The notes: generated from the letters alone by a model not told the origin. Shown: positions 41,207 to 51,568, counted from the first letter of the stretch. The stretch is DNA of 64,000 bases from Fibrobacteria bacterium (GCA_050294405.1 JBNKOC010000030.1:1-64000), one strand, 5' to 3'. A program made the numbers and translations.

Positions 41207-42034
41207 ATGGCACAGACCCCCGCTTCATTTGAAAGTTTCGACTTGTACTACAAGTATGCTAAGGAGGTTGAAAAATATCCGCTTTTAAACAAAAAAGCCG
41301 AGCAAAAGCTTTTGAAGAAAATAAAAGCCGGAGACGAAAAAGCTTTAAATCAGCTAGTATGCTCTAACCTTCGTTTTGTAATTAAAATTGCCTTTATGTA
41401 CCGAGGCAAAGGCCTGGCTATCGGCGAACTCATTAACGAGGGAAACTTAGGCCTTATCCGCGCTGCACGGGAATTTAATCCGGAGAAAAAAGTGCGTTTT
41501 ATAACTTATGCGGTCTGGTGGGTGCGCCAATCTATTACCCAAGCTTTAGCTGAAAAAAGCCGCACCGTACGTATACCTGCATACAACGAAATGATTTTAA
41601 GCCGCATTTCCAGGGTGTCCGGTCCTCAAAAACAATTTATCGGTGGAGACATGGGACCCGATGTGGATGTCCTTTCTGAAAACCTTCAGTTGGCCAAAAC
41701 CAAAGTGGAAAAAGTTTTGAAAAATGGTGGCAGTGTGAGTTCGTTGGAAGACTACCAGGATAGCGAGATGTTATCAGCTCAAGGTGAACTGGAGTACGAA
41801 TTGAACGCGGAGTCGCAAGCTGCGGCTACCCGCCAGATTTTAAAGAGCTTAAAACCCCGTGAGCAAAAAGTGCTAAAGTACTTTTTCGGATTGGATTCTC
41901 ATAAGATCATGAATCTTCGGGAAATTTCAGAAATCTTAAATATTTCCAGAGAACGAGTGCGTCAAATTAAAGAGGCGGCTTTGGATAAACTGAGAGATCT
42001 AAAAATCAAACGGGAATTGATTACAGCATCCTGA
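41207..42034 (+). CDS. Alternative RpoD/SigA-like sigma70 factor lacking region 1.1
   Basis: NLRFVIKIA, ELINEGNLGLIRAA, RFITYAVWWVRQSI, SRERVRQIKEAALDKLR. Confidence 0.93.
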   Translation: MAQTPASFESFDLYYKYAKEVEKYPLLNKKAEQKLLKKIKAGDEKALNQLVCSNLRFVIKIAFMYRGKGLAIGELINEGNLGLIRAAREFNPEKKVRFITYAVWWVRQSITQALAEKSRTVRIPAYNEMILSRISRVSGPQKQFIGGDMGPDVDVLSENLQLAKTKVEKVLKNGGSVSSLEDYQDSEMLSAQGELEYELNAESQAAATRQILKSLKPREQKVLKYFFGLDSHKIMNLREISEILNISRERVRQIKEAALDKLRDLKIKRELITAS

Positions 42035-42064
42035 TGTATGTATATCAAATGTATTTGAGTATTT

Positions 42065-42093
42065 GGCCTCTGGAAATCCAGGGGCCTTTTTTT
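42065..42093 (+). terminator. Intrinsic terminator after the sigma factor gene
   Basis: GGCCTCTGG-AAAT-CCAGGGGCC followed by T7. Confidence 0.85.
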
Positions 42094-42110
42094 GATATAT
42101 GGATTTAAAT

Positions 42111-42127
42111 TGTAAAAAATCTCGACA
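42111..42127. promoter_or_regulatory. TGT-N11-ACA site upstream of the PEP-CTERM gene (PrsR-type enhancer candidate)
   Basis: TGTAAAAAATCTCGACA, 112 nt before the ATG; no clear sigma54 site found downstream. Confidence 0.45.
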
Positions 42128-42239
42128 CTTTCCTGTGGTTTAGAAAATTAATTGGGTCAAAATTCTCAAATAAACTTTCCTCCTTCGTCAATTTTATTAG
42201 CTTTTTGTTGTAAGCGAATTGAATTGAGGAAAGCTAAAA

Positions 42240-43088
42240 ATGAAATCTGCTATACTAAAAACATATATGGGCCTTTTGGTTTTGGCCTTTCAAAGCTATG
42301 CTGTAATTGTTGAAGGTACGTTTTCCGGTTCGGTTAATGCCGGCTACGATTATACAAATCACTTTGGAATGGGTTACTCGGCTCCTTTACATGGAACAAG
42401 CTTTACAGGCACATTTAGCTATGAAACCGATGATTCCGGGCCTGATGTTTATCCCTATTCTGACCCATATGACCTTACTGGGTATTACAATGGAACTAAC
42501 CTACAATGGTTAAATGTATCTGTTTCCATTTTGGGTGTTACTGAATCTTTTCACAATGGATCAGGCACCGCCAATAATGAGTGGAATTCGGTTTTAACAG
42601 ACCCCGGAAATTTTACCGGCTGGAACTACGTAAACGTTTACGATTATGATAGTTATCCTGGCGGCAGCTATGTCTCAGACCAATATCAGCTTGGAGTTCG
42701 CGAAGTGAGAGATGTTTATGATGGCGGCTTGCACTATACATGGTCTGAGCAATTTAGTTTAAGTGTAAGTGAATTTACAGATGGCTCTTTTACCAATGGG
42801 GTTTCCACAGCGCAGGAATTTAATTGGGAGGCAGATCCTTCAAGAAGCTATTCTACTACGGGGTATTTTGGGGTGTACCACCAAATTATGTCGGGGCCAT
42901 ACACAAATGACCTCTTTGATTTTTACGAATTTAACTTTACCTTAAACCAGGTTAGTGCGCGTGTGGTCGATCCTGGTGTTATAGATCCAGGAGATTTGCC
43001 TGAAAGCGTTCCAGAGCCGGGTAGTTTGGCTCTTCTAGGAGCTGGAATGTTAGGGTTTTTGGGTTATAGGAAAAAGCGAAAGAAATAA
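42240..43088 (+). CDS. PEP-CTERM sorting domain protein
   Basis: Signal peptide; Ser/Thr/Gly/Tyr/Asp-rich body; C-terminal VPEPGSLALLGAGMLGFLGYRKKRKK. Confidence 0.95.
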   Translation: MKSAILKTYMGLLVLAFQSYAVIVEGTFSGSVNAGYDYTNHFGMGYSAPLHGTSFTGTFSYETDDSGPDVYPYSDPYDLTGYYNGTNLQWLNVSVSILGVTESFHNGSGTANNEWNSVLTDPGNFTGWNYVNVYDYDSYPGGSYVSDQYQLGVREVRDVYDGGLHYTWSEQFSLSVSEFTDGSFTNGVSTAQEFNWEADPSRSYSTTGYFGVYHQIMSGPYTNDLFDFYEFNFTLNQVSARVVDPGVIDPGDLPESVPEPGSLALLGAGMLGFLGYRKKRKK

Positions 43089-43139
43089 TTTTCAATTATT
43101 ATTTTTTAAATTCATTGAAGTGTTGAATGTTAGGTGATT

Positions 43140-43544
43140 TCAACCTAAATTTTGAATGATGTTTATCAATTCTTGGGTTGAAAATGGTTTAACTATGAAA
43201 GATTCAATTTCAGGATAAGATTTTGCTTTTAAAATTTCCGATGGGTTAATAGAAGAAGTAAGAATATGTAAACGAACCTGTTTAGCGAATTTTTTATGCA
43301 AGGGTAAATAAGCTTCTATGAACTCCCACCCATCCATAGCCGGCATATTTAAATCGAGGAGTATCACATTAGGCAGGTTTTCCGGGGAGTTCTGGTGCCG
43401 TTTTAATTGGCTAATTACCTGGTTGCCATCTGTAAAAAAAATTATTGTATTTGCGAAGTTCAACTTATTATTTTTTCTTTCTATCAGGGAAAGAAAAATT
43501 TCATCGTCATCTAGCATCCAAAGATGATCAATGTTAGGTTTCAC
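43140..43544 (-). CDS. Single-domain response regulator
   Basis: LDDD, LLDLNMPAMDGWEF, LTSS, IVKP; overlaps the kinase stop. Confidence 0.92.
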   Translation of the reverse strand: MKPNIDHLWMLDDDEIFLSLIERKNNKLNFANTIIFFTDGNQVISQLKRHQNSPENLPNVILLDLNMPAMDGWEFIEAYLPLHKKFAKQVRLHILTSSINPSEILKAKSYPEIESFIVKPFSTQELINIIQNLG

Positions 43545-44784
43545 CAGATGTGTCGCACAATTTAAGGGTGAAAACAGAACCAGCTTTGGGTAGGCTTTCC
43601 ACGTATATGTCTCCTCCTAATTTGGCCAATTGGGTTTTTGTTTGAAATAGCCCAAACCCCCGTGAGTCCGTTTTTTTGTGAAAGGTTCGGCCAAGTTTAA
43701 AAATTTTATCTCCGTAGGCGTTTAGATCCATCCCGGACCCGTTATCTCTAAATTCAAGATATATCCAATTTTTTTTCAAATAACTGCGAACTTGTATCAA
43801 TGAGGCTCTATCCGGGATCCCATATTTAATTGAATTGCTAAGTAAATTTATAAAGATGCTTTCAAGGTATTTTTTGGGAAACCGAATTCTTTCTATTTCA
43901 GAAAAGTTTGAGACAATCTTGGCTCCAGCCTTATCTACTTCTGCTTTTAATAATTGAATTACCTCCTCGAAGCAAGTCTTAAAGTGAACTTCCTCCACTT
44001 TTCCTGTATTGCTGGTCATAATCTGGGTTGTGCTTATTAATTTTTCGGTGAGTAGCTTCATGTTATTAAGAACTTTTTTCTGGTCTTCTAAAAGAGTACT
44101 TTTTTCTAAGTCGCTGGACTCTTCTTGCAACATGTCATTGATAAGCATCAAATTAGAGAGAGGTGCTCTTAAGTTGTGAGAAATTATGCCGCAAAACTCT
44201 TCTAAGCTGTTTTTTTGCTTTTGTATCTGCGTAAGCATTTTTTCTTTTTGCTGGAGATTGGATTCTAATTGACTGCGTATATTGATATTTTCTATCGATA
44301 CTGCTGTTATGTCAGCGAGAGATTGCAATAGAAGGACATCTTCTTCGCTGGGCATGTATGTGGAAGCCCAGTAATTTCCAATGGCTCCAAGTGGATCGAT
44401 AGTGCGGATGGGAACCATTACAAGACTTTTCACAAATGTGGGGCGGTAGGCGTTTTGGGGAATACGTTCATCCTGGTAAATATCTTCAATTACAGCCGGT
44501 TTCTTATTGAGCATTGCCCAACCAGAGATACATGAATTAATAGGAAAACGGCTTCCCTTCCAGAGCGGGCTGATGGCGTCCTCATCGGCATAATAACAAT
44601 GGCCATTTTCCCTGAGTACAAATGTAGCGCCATCGGCTCCCGTCAATTCACGAGCTATTTTTCGGACAATCTTCATAACCGAATCCAAGTCTTGCGCAAG
44701 TGACAGTTGTTGCACTGTCAGCACAAGCTTTTCAATTCCCGAGCTGTACTTGGAACTTAGGTTTGTTTTATCGATAGTGGACAT
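43534..44784 (-). CDS. GAF-domain sensor histidine kinase
   Basis: GAF (ARELTGADGATFVLR, AIGNYW), SHNLRAP, NLLSNSIKY, DNGSG, GFGL; ATG 44784 preferred over 44892. Confidence 0.92.
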   Translation of the reverse strand: MSTIDKTNLSSKYSSGIEKLVLTVQQLSLAQDLDSVMKIVRKIARELTGADGATFVLRENGHCYYADEDAISPLWKGSRFPINSCISGWAMLNKKPAVIEDIYQDERIPQNAYRPTFVKSLVMVPIRTIDPLGAIGNYWASTYMPSEEDVLLLQSLADITAVSIENINIRSQLESNLQQKEKMLTQIQKQKNSLEEFCGIISHNLRAPLSNLMLINDMLQEESSDLEKSTLLEDQKKVLNNMKLLTEKLISTTQIMTSNTGKVEEVHFKTCFEEVIQLLKAEVDKAGAKIVSNFSEIERIRFPKKYLESIFINLLSNSIKYGIPDRASLIQVRSYLKKNWIYLEFRDNGSGMDLNAYGDKIFKLGRTFHKKTDSRGFGLFQTKTQLAKLGGDIYVESLPKAGSVFTLKLCDTSGET

Positions 44785-44994
44785 AATATTTCCGAATATT
44801 CTAATAATATCCAAGATTTTGTTGAAAGTGAAATTAAGCAACTCAGTTTGGTTGTTAGTTAAATATTTATTGTAGTACCAGAGTTTTTCCAAAAAGCAAG
44901 CAACTGACTTTGCATCCCATGGCTAGTAGAGGGATCGTTTAGTAAAAAGGCATAAGTTTTTAAGTCCCAACCAGCTGTATAAGAACTTAATGCC

Positions 44995-45042
44995 GGACTA
45001 AATATTGTACCCCAATATTTGGTTTAGTACAAAATATTGTGT
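44995..45042. promoter_or_regulatory. Tandem NrdR boxes
   Basis: GGACTAAATATTGTAC (44995-45010) and GTACAAAATATTGTGT (45027-45042), starts 32 bp apart; weaker CCCCAATATTTGGTTT (45010-45025) between; consensus acaCwAtATaTwGtgt. Confidence 0.8.
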
Positions 45043-45059
45043 TTTCTCTAAAAAATTTA

Positions 45060-45088
45060 TTGACTGTCATTTTTTAATGAATTAATTT
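45060..45088 (+). promoter_or_regulatory. sigma70 promoter of the riboswitch-nrdBA transcript
   Basis: TTGACT-N17-TAATTT directly before the riboswitch 5' end. Confidence 0.6.
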
Positions 45089-45092
45089 CATC

Positions 45093-45265
45093 TTATCAGG
45101 TTTATCAACCATGTTGGTATCGCAAGAGGGAACCCGGTGAAAATCCGGGGCTGGCCCGCAGCGGTAATTGGGAACGAAAGCTGAATTATGGCACTGTTTG
45201 CAGAGCAAATGGGAAGCCTCAGCAAGTAGGTTATTTGCCCAAAAGTCCGAAGACCTGCCTGATTT
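45093..45265 (+). ncRNA. Cobalamin (AdoCbl) riboswitch
   Basis: CAGGT...AAGAGGGAACCCGGTGAAAATCCGGGGCTGGCCCGCAGCGGTAA...CACTG...GGGAAG...AAGTCCGAAGACCTGCCTG B12 box. Confidence 0.95.
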
Positions 45266-45363
45266 GAAAACACTCGGGGATAGGTGGCAATCAATGCGCC
45301 TCCATTATCCAAGTTTATACATCATTGGAATTTGTTTGTCTTTTTTCAAGAAAAGGAGGTTAC

Positions 45364-46377
45364 ATGGATTTGGGGAAAAATAATATTAAACATGTTAATA
45401 GAGATGAAGGCCACTTTGAGGTTGAACAACTGCTTCGGCCAAATGAGCAGCGGTTCACAATTTACCCCATCAATCATAAGGAAATATGGGAGTATTACAA
45501 AAAGGCGCAGGCCAGTTTTTGGACGGCTGAGGAAATAGATCTCTTTTTTGATAAAGAGCATTGGCAAACTCTTAAGGATGAAGAACAACATTTTATCAAA
45601 TATGTCCTCGCTTTTTTTGCCGCCAGTGACGGAATTGTAAATGAAAATTTGTGCCTTAATTTTATGCGGGAAATACAAATTCCCGAAATACGATGTTTTT
45701 ATGGGTTTCAAATAATGATGGAAAACATACATTCAGAGGTTTACAGTTTGATGATAGAAACATTAATACCCAATTATGAAGAAAAAAATAAGCTGTTCCG
45801 TGCAATAGAACTTATACCATGTGTAAGAGATAAATCAAAGTGGGCGTTGGATTGGATAAATAAGGGGAGTTTTGCTGAAAGGCTTTTGGCCTTTATAGCG
45901 GTGGAAGGAATTTTCTTCTCTGGGAGTTTCTGCGCTTTATTTTGGCTAAAAAAAAGAGGACTGATGCCCGGACTCACCTTTTCCAATGAATTGATTTCAA
46001 GGGATGAGGCTATGCATTGTGAGTTCGGATGTTTGTTGTATGGCATGCTAGAAAATAAGCCTGAAGAATACATTGTGCAGTCTATTTTCAAGAGTGCAGT
46101 AGAAGTAGAAAAAAAGTTTATTTTAGAAGCGCTCCCTGTCAGTTTAATAGGCATGAATAACCAGGATATGGGCCAATATATTGAATATGTTGCGGACTAT
46201 TGGATGGAGGCTCTTGGGTATGGGCCAATATATCAAGCACAAAACCCTTTTGATTTTATGGAGCTCATTTCTTTGCAAGGAAAGACAAACTTTTTTGAAA
46301 AAAGGGTCGGGGACTATCGAAAATCTTCTGTGGGTGTTCTTGCGGGCGAGAAATTTTCACTGACAGAAGACTTTTAG
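45364..46377 (+). CDS. nrdB: Class Ia ribonucleotide reductase beta subunit
   Basis: [40 protein letters not shown] (radical Tyr), [26 protein letters not shown]. Confidence 0.97.
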   Translation: MDLGKNNIKHVNRDEGHFEVEQLLRPNEQRFTIYPINHKEIWEYYKKAQASFWTAEEIDLFFDKEHWQTLKDEEQHFIKYVLAFFAASDGIVNENLCLNFMREIQIPEIRCFYGFQIMMENIHSEVYSLMIETLIPNYEEKNKLFRAIELIPCVRDKSKWALDWINKGSFAERLLAFIAVEGIFFSGSFCALFWLKKRGLMPGLTFSNELISRDEAMHCEFGCLLYGMLENKPEEYIVQSIFKSAVEVEKKFILEALPVSLIGMNNQDMGQYIEYVADYWMEALGYGPIYQAQNPFDFMELISLQGKTNFFEKRVGDYRKSSVGVLAGEKFSLTEDF

Positions 46378-46385
46378 GAGGAAAT

Positions 46386-48740
46386 ATGTTTGTTGTAAAA
46401 AGATCCGGAAAAAAAGAATCAATATATTTTGACAAGATCACATGGAGAGTTGAGAAGCTTTGTTATGGTCTGGACAGAGATAAATTAGACGTCATAGAAA
46501 TTACCAAAAAAGTGATCAATGGACTGTACGACGGAGTTACTACCTCAGAACTTGACAGTCTGGCGGCTGAGATTTGCGCGAGCCTTGCTCTCAAGCATCC
46601 TGACTATGGAGTGCTAGCGGCGCGCATTGCCATTTCAAATTTGCACAAAAGCACAGAGAAATCCTTTTCAAAGGTTATGGAAAAACTTTTTCGACAAGAG
46701 AGGAGGGAGACTCCAGATAAACCATTTTTATCAAATCGGTTCATGGAAACTATTCGAAAATACAATGATGAATTGGATTCCTGCATCATACACTCGCGTG
46801 ATTTTAATTTTGATTTCTTTGGAATCAAAACTTTAGAAAAATCCTACTTGCTAAGACTTGGCGATCATATTGTGGAGCGGCCTCAACATATGTTTATGAG
46901 ATGCGCGGTGGAAATCCATGGTGATGATATTGAAAAAGTTAAAGAAACATATAATCACATGGCCGAAGGAAATTTTATTCATGCTACCCCCACTCTGTTT
47001 AATTCCGGAACCCCAAAAAACCAAATGTCATCCTGTTTTCTAATGACCATTAAAGATGATAGCATTGAGGGCATTTACGAAAGTTTAAAGGATTGCGCCA
47101 AAATTTCTCAATCGGCTGGCGGAATCGGAATTAGCGTGCAGCACATAAGGGCTAAGGGCTCTTCCATAAATGGAACCAATGGAAAGAGCAACGGAATTAT
47201 TCCTATGTTAAGGGTGTTTAATGATACTGCCCGTTATGTTGACCAAGGGGGAGGTAAACGTAAAGGGGCGATTGCTGTATATTTGGAACCATGGCATGCG
47301 GATATTTTTGACTTCTTGGATTTGCGAAAAAACCACGGGCAGGAAGAATTACGCACTCGGGACTTATTTACGGCCCTTTGGATGAATGATTTATTTATGG
47401 AAAGGGTCGAAAATAATGGAATGTGGTCTTTGTTTTGTCCAACCAAGGCCCCTATGTTAGTGGATAGTTATGGGGAAGATTTCAAACGCCATTATTTACA
47501 TTACGAGCGGGAAGGTTTGGCGTTACGCCAGGTTTCTGCCCAGGACTTGTGGTTTTCTATTGTGAACTCTCAAATTGAAACGGGTACTCCCTATATATTG
47601 TACAAAGACGCTTGTAACAAAAAATCCAATCAAAAAAATCTGGGTACGATTCGCAATTCCAACCTTTGCGCTGAGATTGTGGAGTATTCTTCGGCCGAAG
47701 AATACGCAGTTTGCAATTTAGCATCTATCGCTCTGCCAAAATGTGTGGAAAATGGGAGGTTCAATTTTTCAAAGCTCGAAGAAATTACCTCAATTATTAC
47801 CATAAATCTAAACCGTATTATTGACAAAAATTATTACCCTGTCCCAGAAACCAAAAAATCCAACTTACGAAATCGGCCAATTGGTATTGGAGTCCAGGGA
47901 CTTGCCGATGTTTTTCTTTTAATGGGCCTGGCTTTTGAAAGCTCCGAAGCCAAAATGCTTAATCGGGAAATATTCGAAACTATTTATTATGCGGCTGTCC
48001 AGCAATCAATTGCACTTGCCAGAGAGTTTGGTCCTTATGACTCTTTTGAAGGAAGCCCGGCAAGCAAAGGGCTGCTGCAGTTTGATTTGTGGGACATTAA
48101 GCCTTCAGAAAGGTATGATTGGAAAGCTTTAAAAGCGGATTTGAAAAAATATGGGTTGCGCAATTCTTTGCTAGTAGCTCCAATGCCTACGGCTTCCACT
48201 TCCCAAATCTTAGGAAACAATGAATGTTTTGAACCTTATACATCAAATATTTATACGCGTAGAGTTTTGTCCGGAGAGTACATTGTTATTAACAAGCATT
48301 TGCTTAAAGATCTCATGGATAGCGGGCTTTGGAATTTGGATATAAAAAACAAAATTATAATGGCCGGCGGGTCCGTACAGAATATTTCGGAAATTCCTGA
48401 GGATATGCGACGCAAATATAAAACAGTTTGGGAAATCAGCCAGAAGTCAATTATTGACATGGCAGCTCAAAGAGGGCCTTTTGTTTGCCAAACCCAATCC
48501 ATGAATTTATTTATGGAAACTCCAACAGCGGCTAAAATTTCATCTATGCATTTTTATGCCTGGAAAAAAGGGCTTAAAACCGGAATGTATTATCTGAGAA
48601 GCCAAGCAGCGGGAAAAGCTGTTCAATTCACTGTGCGCAGTGGCCGTGCCTTGGAAAAGGTTTCAAAAGCAAAGGATACCGAACCTATGGCCTGTGAAAT
48701 TGGAGTCGGAGGTGAAGGTTGTGAAGTTTGCTCTTCATAA
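46386..48740 (+). CDS. nrdA: Class Ia ribonucleotide reductase alpha subunit with ATP cone
   Basis: VVKRSG ATP cone, [40 protein letters not shown]-terminal CEVCSS. Confidence 0.98.
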   Translation: MFVVKRSGKKESIYFDKITWRVEKLCYGLDRDKLDVIEITKKVINGLYDGVTTSELDSLAAEICASLALKHPDYGVLAARIAISNLHKSTEKSFSKVMEKLFRQERRETPDKPFLSNRFMETIRKYNDELDSCIIHSRDFNFDFFGIKTLEKSYLLRLGDHIVERPQHMFMRCAVEIHGDDIEKVKETYNHMAEGNFIHATPTLFNSGTPKNQMSSCFLMTIKDDSIEGIYESLKDCAKISQSAGGIGISVQHIRAKGSSINGTNGKSNGIIPMLRVFNDTARYVDQGGGKRKGAIAVYLEPWHADIFDFLDLRKNHGQEELRTRDLFTALWMNDLFMERVENNGMWSLFCPTKAPMLVDSYGEDFKRHYLHYEREGLALRQVSAQDLWFSIVNSQIETGTPYILYKDACNKKSNQKNLGTIRNSNLCAEIVEYSSAEEYAVCNLASIALPKCVENGRFNFSKLEEITSIITINLNRIIDKNYYPVPETKKSNLRNRPIGIGVQGLADVFLLMGLAFESSEAKMLNREIFETIYYAAVQQSIALAREFGPYDSFEGSPASKGLLQFDLWDIKPSERYDWKALKADLKKYGLRNSLLVAPMPTASTSQILGNNECFEPYTSNIYTRRVLSGEYIVINKHLLKDLMDSGLWNLDIKNKIIMAGGSVQNISEIPEDMRRKYKTVWEISQKSIIDMAAQRGPFVCQTQSMNLFMETPTAAKISSMHFYAWKKGLKTGMYYLRSQAAGKAVQFTVRSGRALEKVSKAKDTEPMACEIGVGGEGCEVCSS

Positions 48741-48764
48741 AAATTTTGGGCAACACTAATTATT

Positions 48765-49184
48765 TCAATTTTTGTTTCCTGAAACAAAAGGGCTGTAAGC
48801 TTTATCCATCCCTAAAATATGACCGGCAATCCAGGTTTTAAGGAATCGGCAGATCTTAGCTGAGGAATGGGGATCGCGATTTTCCTGAAACTCAGTGATG
48901 TAAGCGGATAATTGGGCAAGGAGCCTTTCATGAGCCTGCTTGTGTTTTTTAAGTTCGGGGTAATGGCGCAATTTCAATTCCGCTTCCTCATCATTAAAAT
49001 GTATCTGACATTTCCAGCTTAACTCTTTTAGATGCTCCCCTGCTTGCTTCCAATTTTGAGCTTGGCTTGCCGTATAAAAATGATTCATGCTTTGGATTAG
49101 CATTTGATGTTGTTTGTCAAATTTTTCTACCTGTGTAGAAAGTTGTTCGCTCCATTTGAAAAAAAGTTCCTCGCCTTGCCCCAT
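48765..49184 (-). CDS. Single-domain bacteriohemerythrin
   Basis: DKQH, HFNDEE, HKQAH, WIAGHILGMD di-iron ligands. Confidence 0.93.
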   Translation of the reverse strand: MGQGEELFFKWSEQLSTQVEKFDKQHQMLIQSMNHFYTASQAQNWKQAGEHLKELSWKCQIHFNDEEAELKLRHYPELKKHKQAHERLLAQLSAYITEFQENRDPHSSAKICRFLKTWIAGHILGMDKAYSPFVSGNKN

Positions 49185-49222
49185 ATTTGGATTTTACCAT
49201 ACTTTTTTGTGCCAGAACAAAA

Positions 49223-49258
49223 TCAGACCAAAGGCACCCATTGGTGCCTCTGGACTGA
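49223..49258 (-). terminator. Terminator-like hairpin in the hemerythrin leader
   Basis: Minus strand TCAGTCCAGAGGCACC-AATG-GGTGCCTTTGGTCTGA then TTTTGTT; 16-bp stem with one G-U and one mismatch. Confidence 0.5.
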
Positions 49259-49630
49259 CTGAGGAATGAGATTTGAAGAACTAAGTTCAGCCAAATCGGT
49301 TTTGCGTTACCGAAGTTAAGTGTATTACAAACCCATTTTATATTCAATACATTTTTTGCATATTATTTTTTATCCTGAGGCCGAAATAAGTCTTACCTAA
49401 TAAATTTGGCTGAAATCCTTAGTATAAATCAAACTTTGGGCTAGTTCTCTAGCCAATTTTTAAGGTGTAAACAATTGTTGCACCTTTTTTTGGGTTTGAA
49501 GTTCAGGTAAAATTTAATTGCGAAAATGAAACCATTACTCACATGCAATTCTCAAAATCAAAAAGCTTTAATAGAAAACGGAGATAAAATTTACTCAAAT
49601 CAAGGCGCCAATAATCGCTAGGAACCTGAA

Positions 49631-51568
49631 ATGATTACACGGGTTTTCATTTGTGAAGACAAAATGAGTGCATACTTAGATGTGATTTATCAGAATGGGA
49701 ATTCAGAAAACATAACACATGTGGAAATTGAAAAATTATTGGTTTCCAATAATGTTATCTATGGGTATTCCGCGGAAGACATAAAAAAAGCGGCAATAAA
49801 GTGTAAAATTGATGGTGGACTTAACAATTACCTCATAGCAAAAGGAAAAGAAAAATCATTTCCCGAGATCCAGTCTTTTTCTTTTGATGAAAAATTAGTT
49901 ACGCCTGAAAATTATATTAGCAAATACAAACATGATTTTAATTCGGGAAAATTCTATGAACCTGATGAGTTTCCCAATGAGATATACCCTTTAGTTCCTG
50001 GTCAGGTTATAGGTCAACTGCTTTTTTCTGCAAAGGGGAACGAAAAAATTAATGTTTTTGGGGAAAATGAATCTTGCTACCCAGATTTTTACCCTTATAA
50101 TATTCCGGAGTTTTTAGTAAAAAGGGAGCAAATTCTTTCCAATGCAAACGGATTGCTATATAGGGATGGAGAAAAATACAAAATCCTTCCGTTTCAAAAT
50201 GATTTTGAGTTCTCAGTAAACATTGATTCAGCCAAGATGGCTGTCGCCCTGGAAATATATCCATCTAAAATAAAAGATGTCGGGAAAAGTTCAAAAAACA
50301 TTTTAGAGGACCTAACAAGTAAAAAAATTAGGGCATCAGTAAATGCGCCAAAAATTTGTGGTTTAATTTCAAGCTTTGCAAAAGACAAAAAAAAGGTTTC
50401 AGGAATAATTTCCGTAGGAAAAAAACCAGTTCCTGGGAGAAATGGCGAAGTGAATGTTTTATATAATGAGGTCCCAGAAAACTTAATAAGTGAAACGGAT
50501 GACCAAAAAATAGATTTTAAGGCGCATAACTCCTTTGTTAAAATCGAGGAAAATTCTGTTATAGCCGTCATTCAAGACCCAATTCCAGGTGTGGAGGGGG
50601 TGGATGTTTATGGTGAAGTTGTTGAAGTTAAGCCTCCAAAACAGGCGAAGTTTAGTTCGGGAGAAGGAACATTTATAAATCCAGCCGATAACACACAATT
50701 ATTAGCTAAATGGGATGGCATTTTTCAGTTAAAGAATGGCCTTCCTTCTGTCCGTCCAGTATTAGAAATAAACGGTCATGTGGATTTTGAATCGGGCGAC
50801 ATAGATTTTAGTGGAGATGTAATAATCGGCGGAGACATTAAATCCGGCTTTAAGGTTAAAGGCAAATCGCTAGAAATAAGTGGTTCTGTTGAGGATTGCC
50901 AAGTCAGTTCTTTTGGTAATATTAATATTAGCGGAGGTTTTATAGGTGAAGGAAATGGTAAGATTGTTTGTTCTTCAGGGGATCTTGTCATGGGATTTAT
51001 ACATAATCAGACCGTATTGTGTGGGGGGAATGTTGTTATTCAAAAAGAATGTTTTGACGCTAAACTAAAATGTGCTGGAAGTATTAATTGCAACGGAGAT
51101 CCCATTTCTATTGTCGGCGGAAATCTGTGCAGTTATTTGGGGCTCAATGCCAATGTGATTGGAAATGAAACAGGCCAAAAGACGTTAATTGAAATAGGAA
51201 AAAACTTTTTGTTGGAGGAAAACTTAGATAAGTTAAGCGACGAATTAGAGGAACTGGAAAAAAAACAACGACGATTAAAGTATTTATTTAATAAACTTTC
51301 GAAATGGCACAAAAAATCCGAATACATGTATTTGCTTTCGAAATCTGAAAAAGCAAATGGAATCTTGAAAAGGACCTTAGCTGAAAAGCTTATACAAATA
51401 AAAGAGTGCAAAGAGAACTTGATTACCAAAAAGGATGTTTGTGTGAAAGCAAATAAAATATATCCTGGGGTAATATTAAACATCAAAGGGGAAATTTTAA
51501 TAGTCCCAAAAGTTATCGAAAATGTTGAACTAAAAGTCAGGAACAACAGAGTTATAAACGTAAAATGA
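49631..51568 (+). CDS. FapA (DUF342) family protein
   Basis: GKKPVPGRNG, KIDFK, GVDVYG, GHVDFESGDIDFSGDVIIGGDIKSGFKV, IVGG, IYPGV. Confidence 0.9.
   Translation: MITRVFICEDKMSAYLDVIYQNGNSENITHVEIEKLLVSNNVIYGYSAEDIKKAAIKCKIDGGLNNYLIAKGKEKSFPEIQSFSFDEKLVTPENYISKYKHDFNSGKFYEPDEFPNEIYPLVPGQVIGQLLFSAKGNEKINVFGENESCYPDFYPYNIPEFLVKREQILSNANGLLYRDGEKYKILPFQNDFEFSVNIDSAKMAVALEIYPSKIKDVGKSSKNILEDLTSKKIRASVNAPKICGLISSFAKDKKKVSGIISVGKKPVPGRNGEVNVLYNEVPENLISETDDQKIDFKAHNSFVKIEENSVIAVIQDPIPGVEGVDVYGEVVEVKPPKQAKFSSGEGTFINPADNTQLLAKWDGIFQLKNGLPSVRPVLEINGHVDFESGDIDFSGDVIIGGDIKSGFKVKGKSLEISGSVEDCQVSSFGNINISGGFIGEGNGKIVCSSGDLVMGFIHNQTVLCGGNVVIQKECFDAKLKCAGSINCNGDPISIVGGNLCSYLGLNANVIGNETGQKTLIEIGKNFLLEENLDKLSDELEELEKKQRRLKYLFNKLSKWHKKSEYMYLLSKSEKANGILKRTLAEKLIQIKECKENLITKKDVCVKANKIYPGVILNIKGEILIVPKVIENVELKVRNNRVINVK

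Noticed and set aside
45088..45538. Short ORFs 45088..45312, 45168..45383, 45284..45538 and the nrdB start at 45325
   Set aside because: They overlap the cobalamin riboswitch or nrdB; the strong AAGGAGG supports ATG 45364
49260..49330. Possible c-di-GMP-I riboswitch (ACGCAAAACC on minus, GTTACCGAAG on plus)
   Set aside because: The fragments are on opposite strands, and the GGCAAA, GNRA loop and receptor elements are missing
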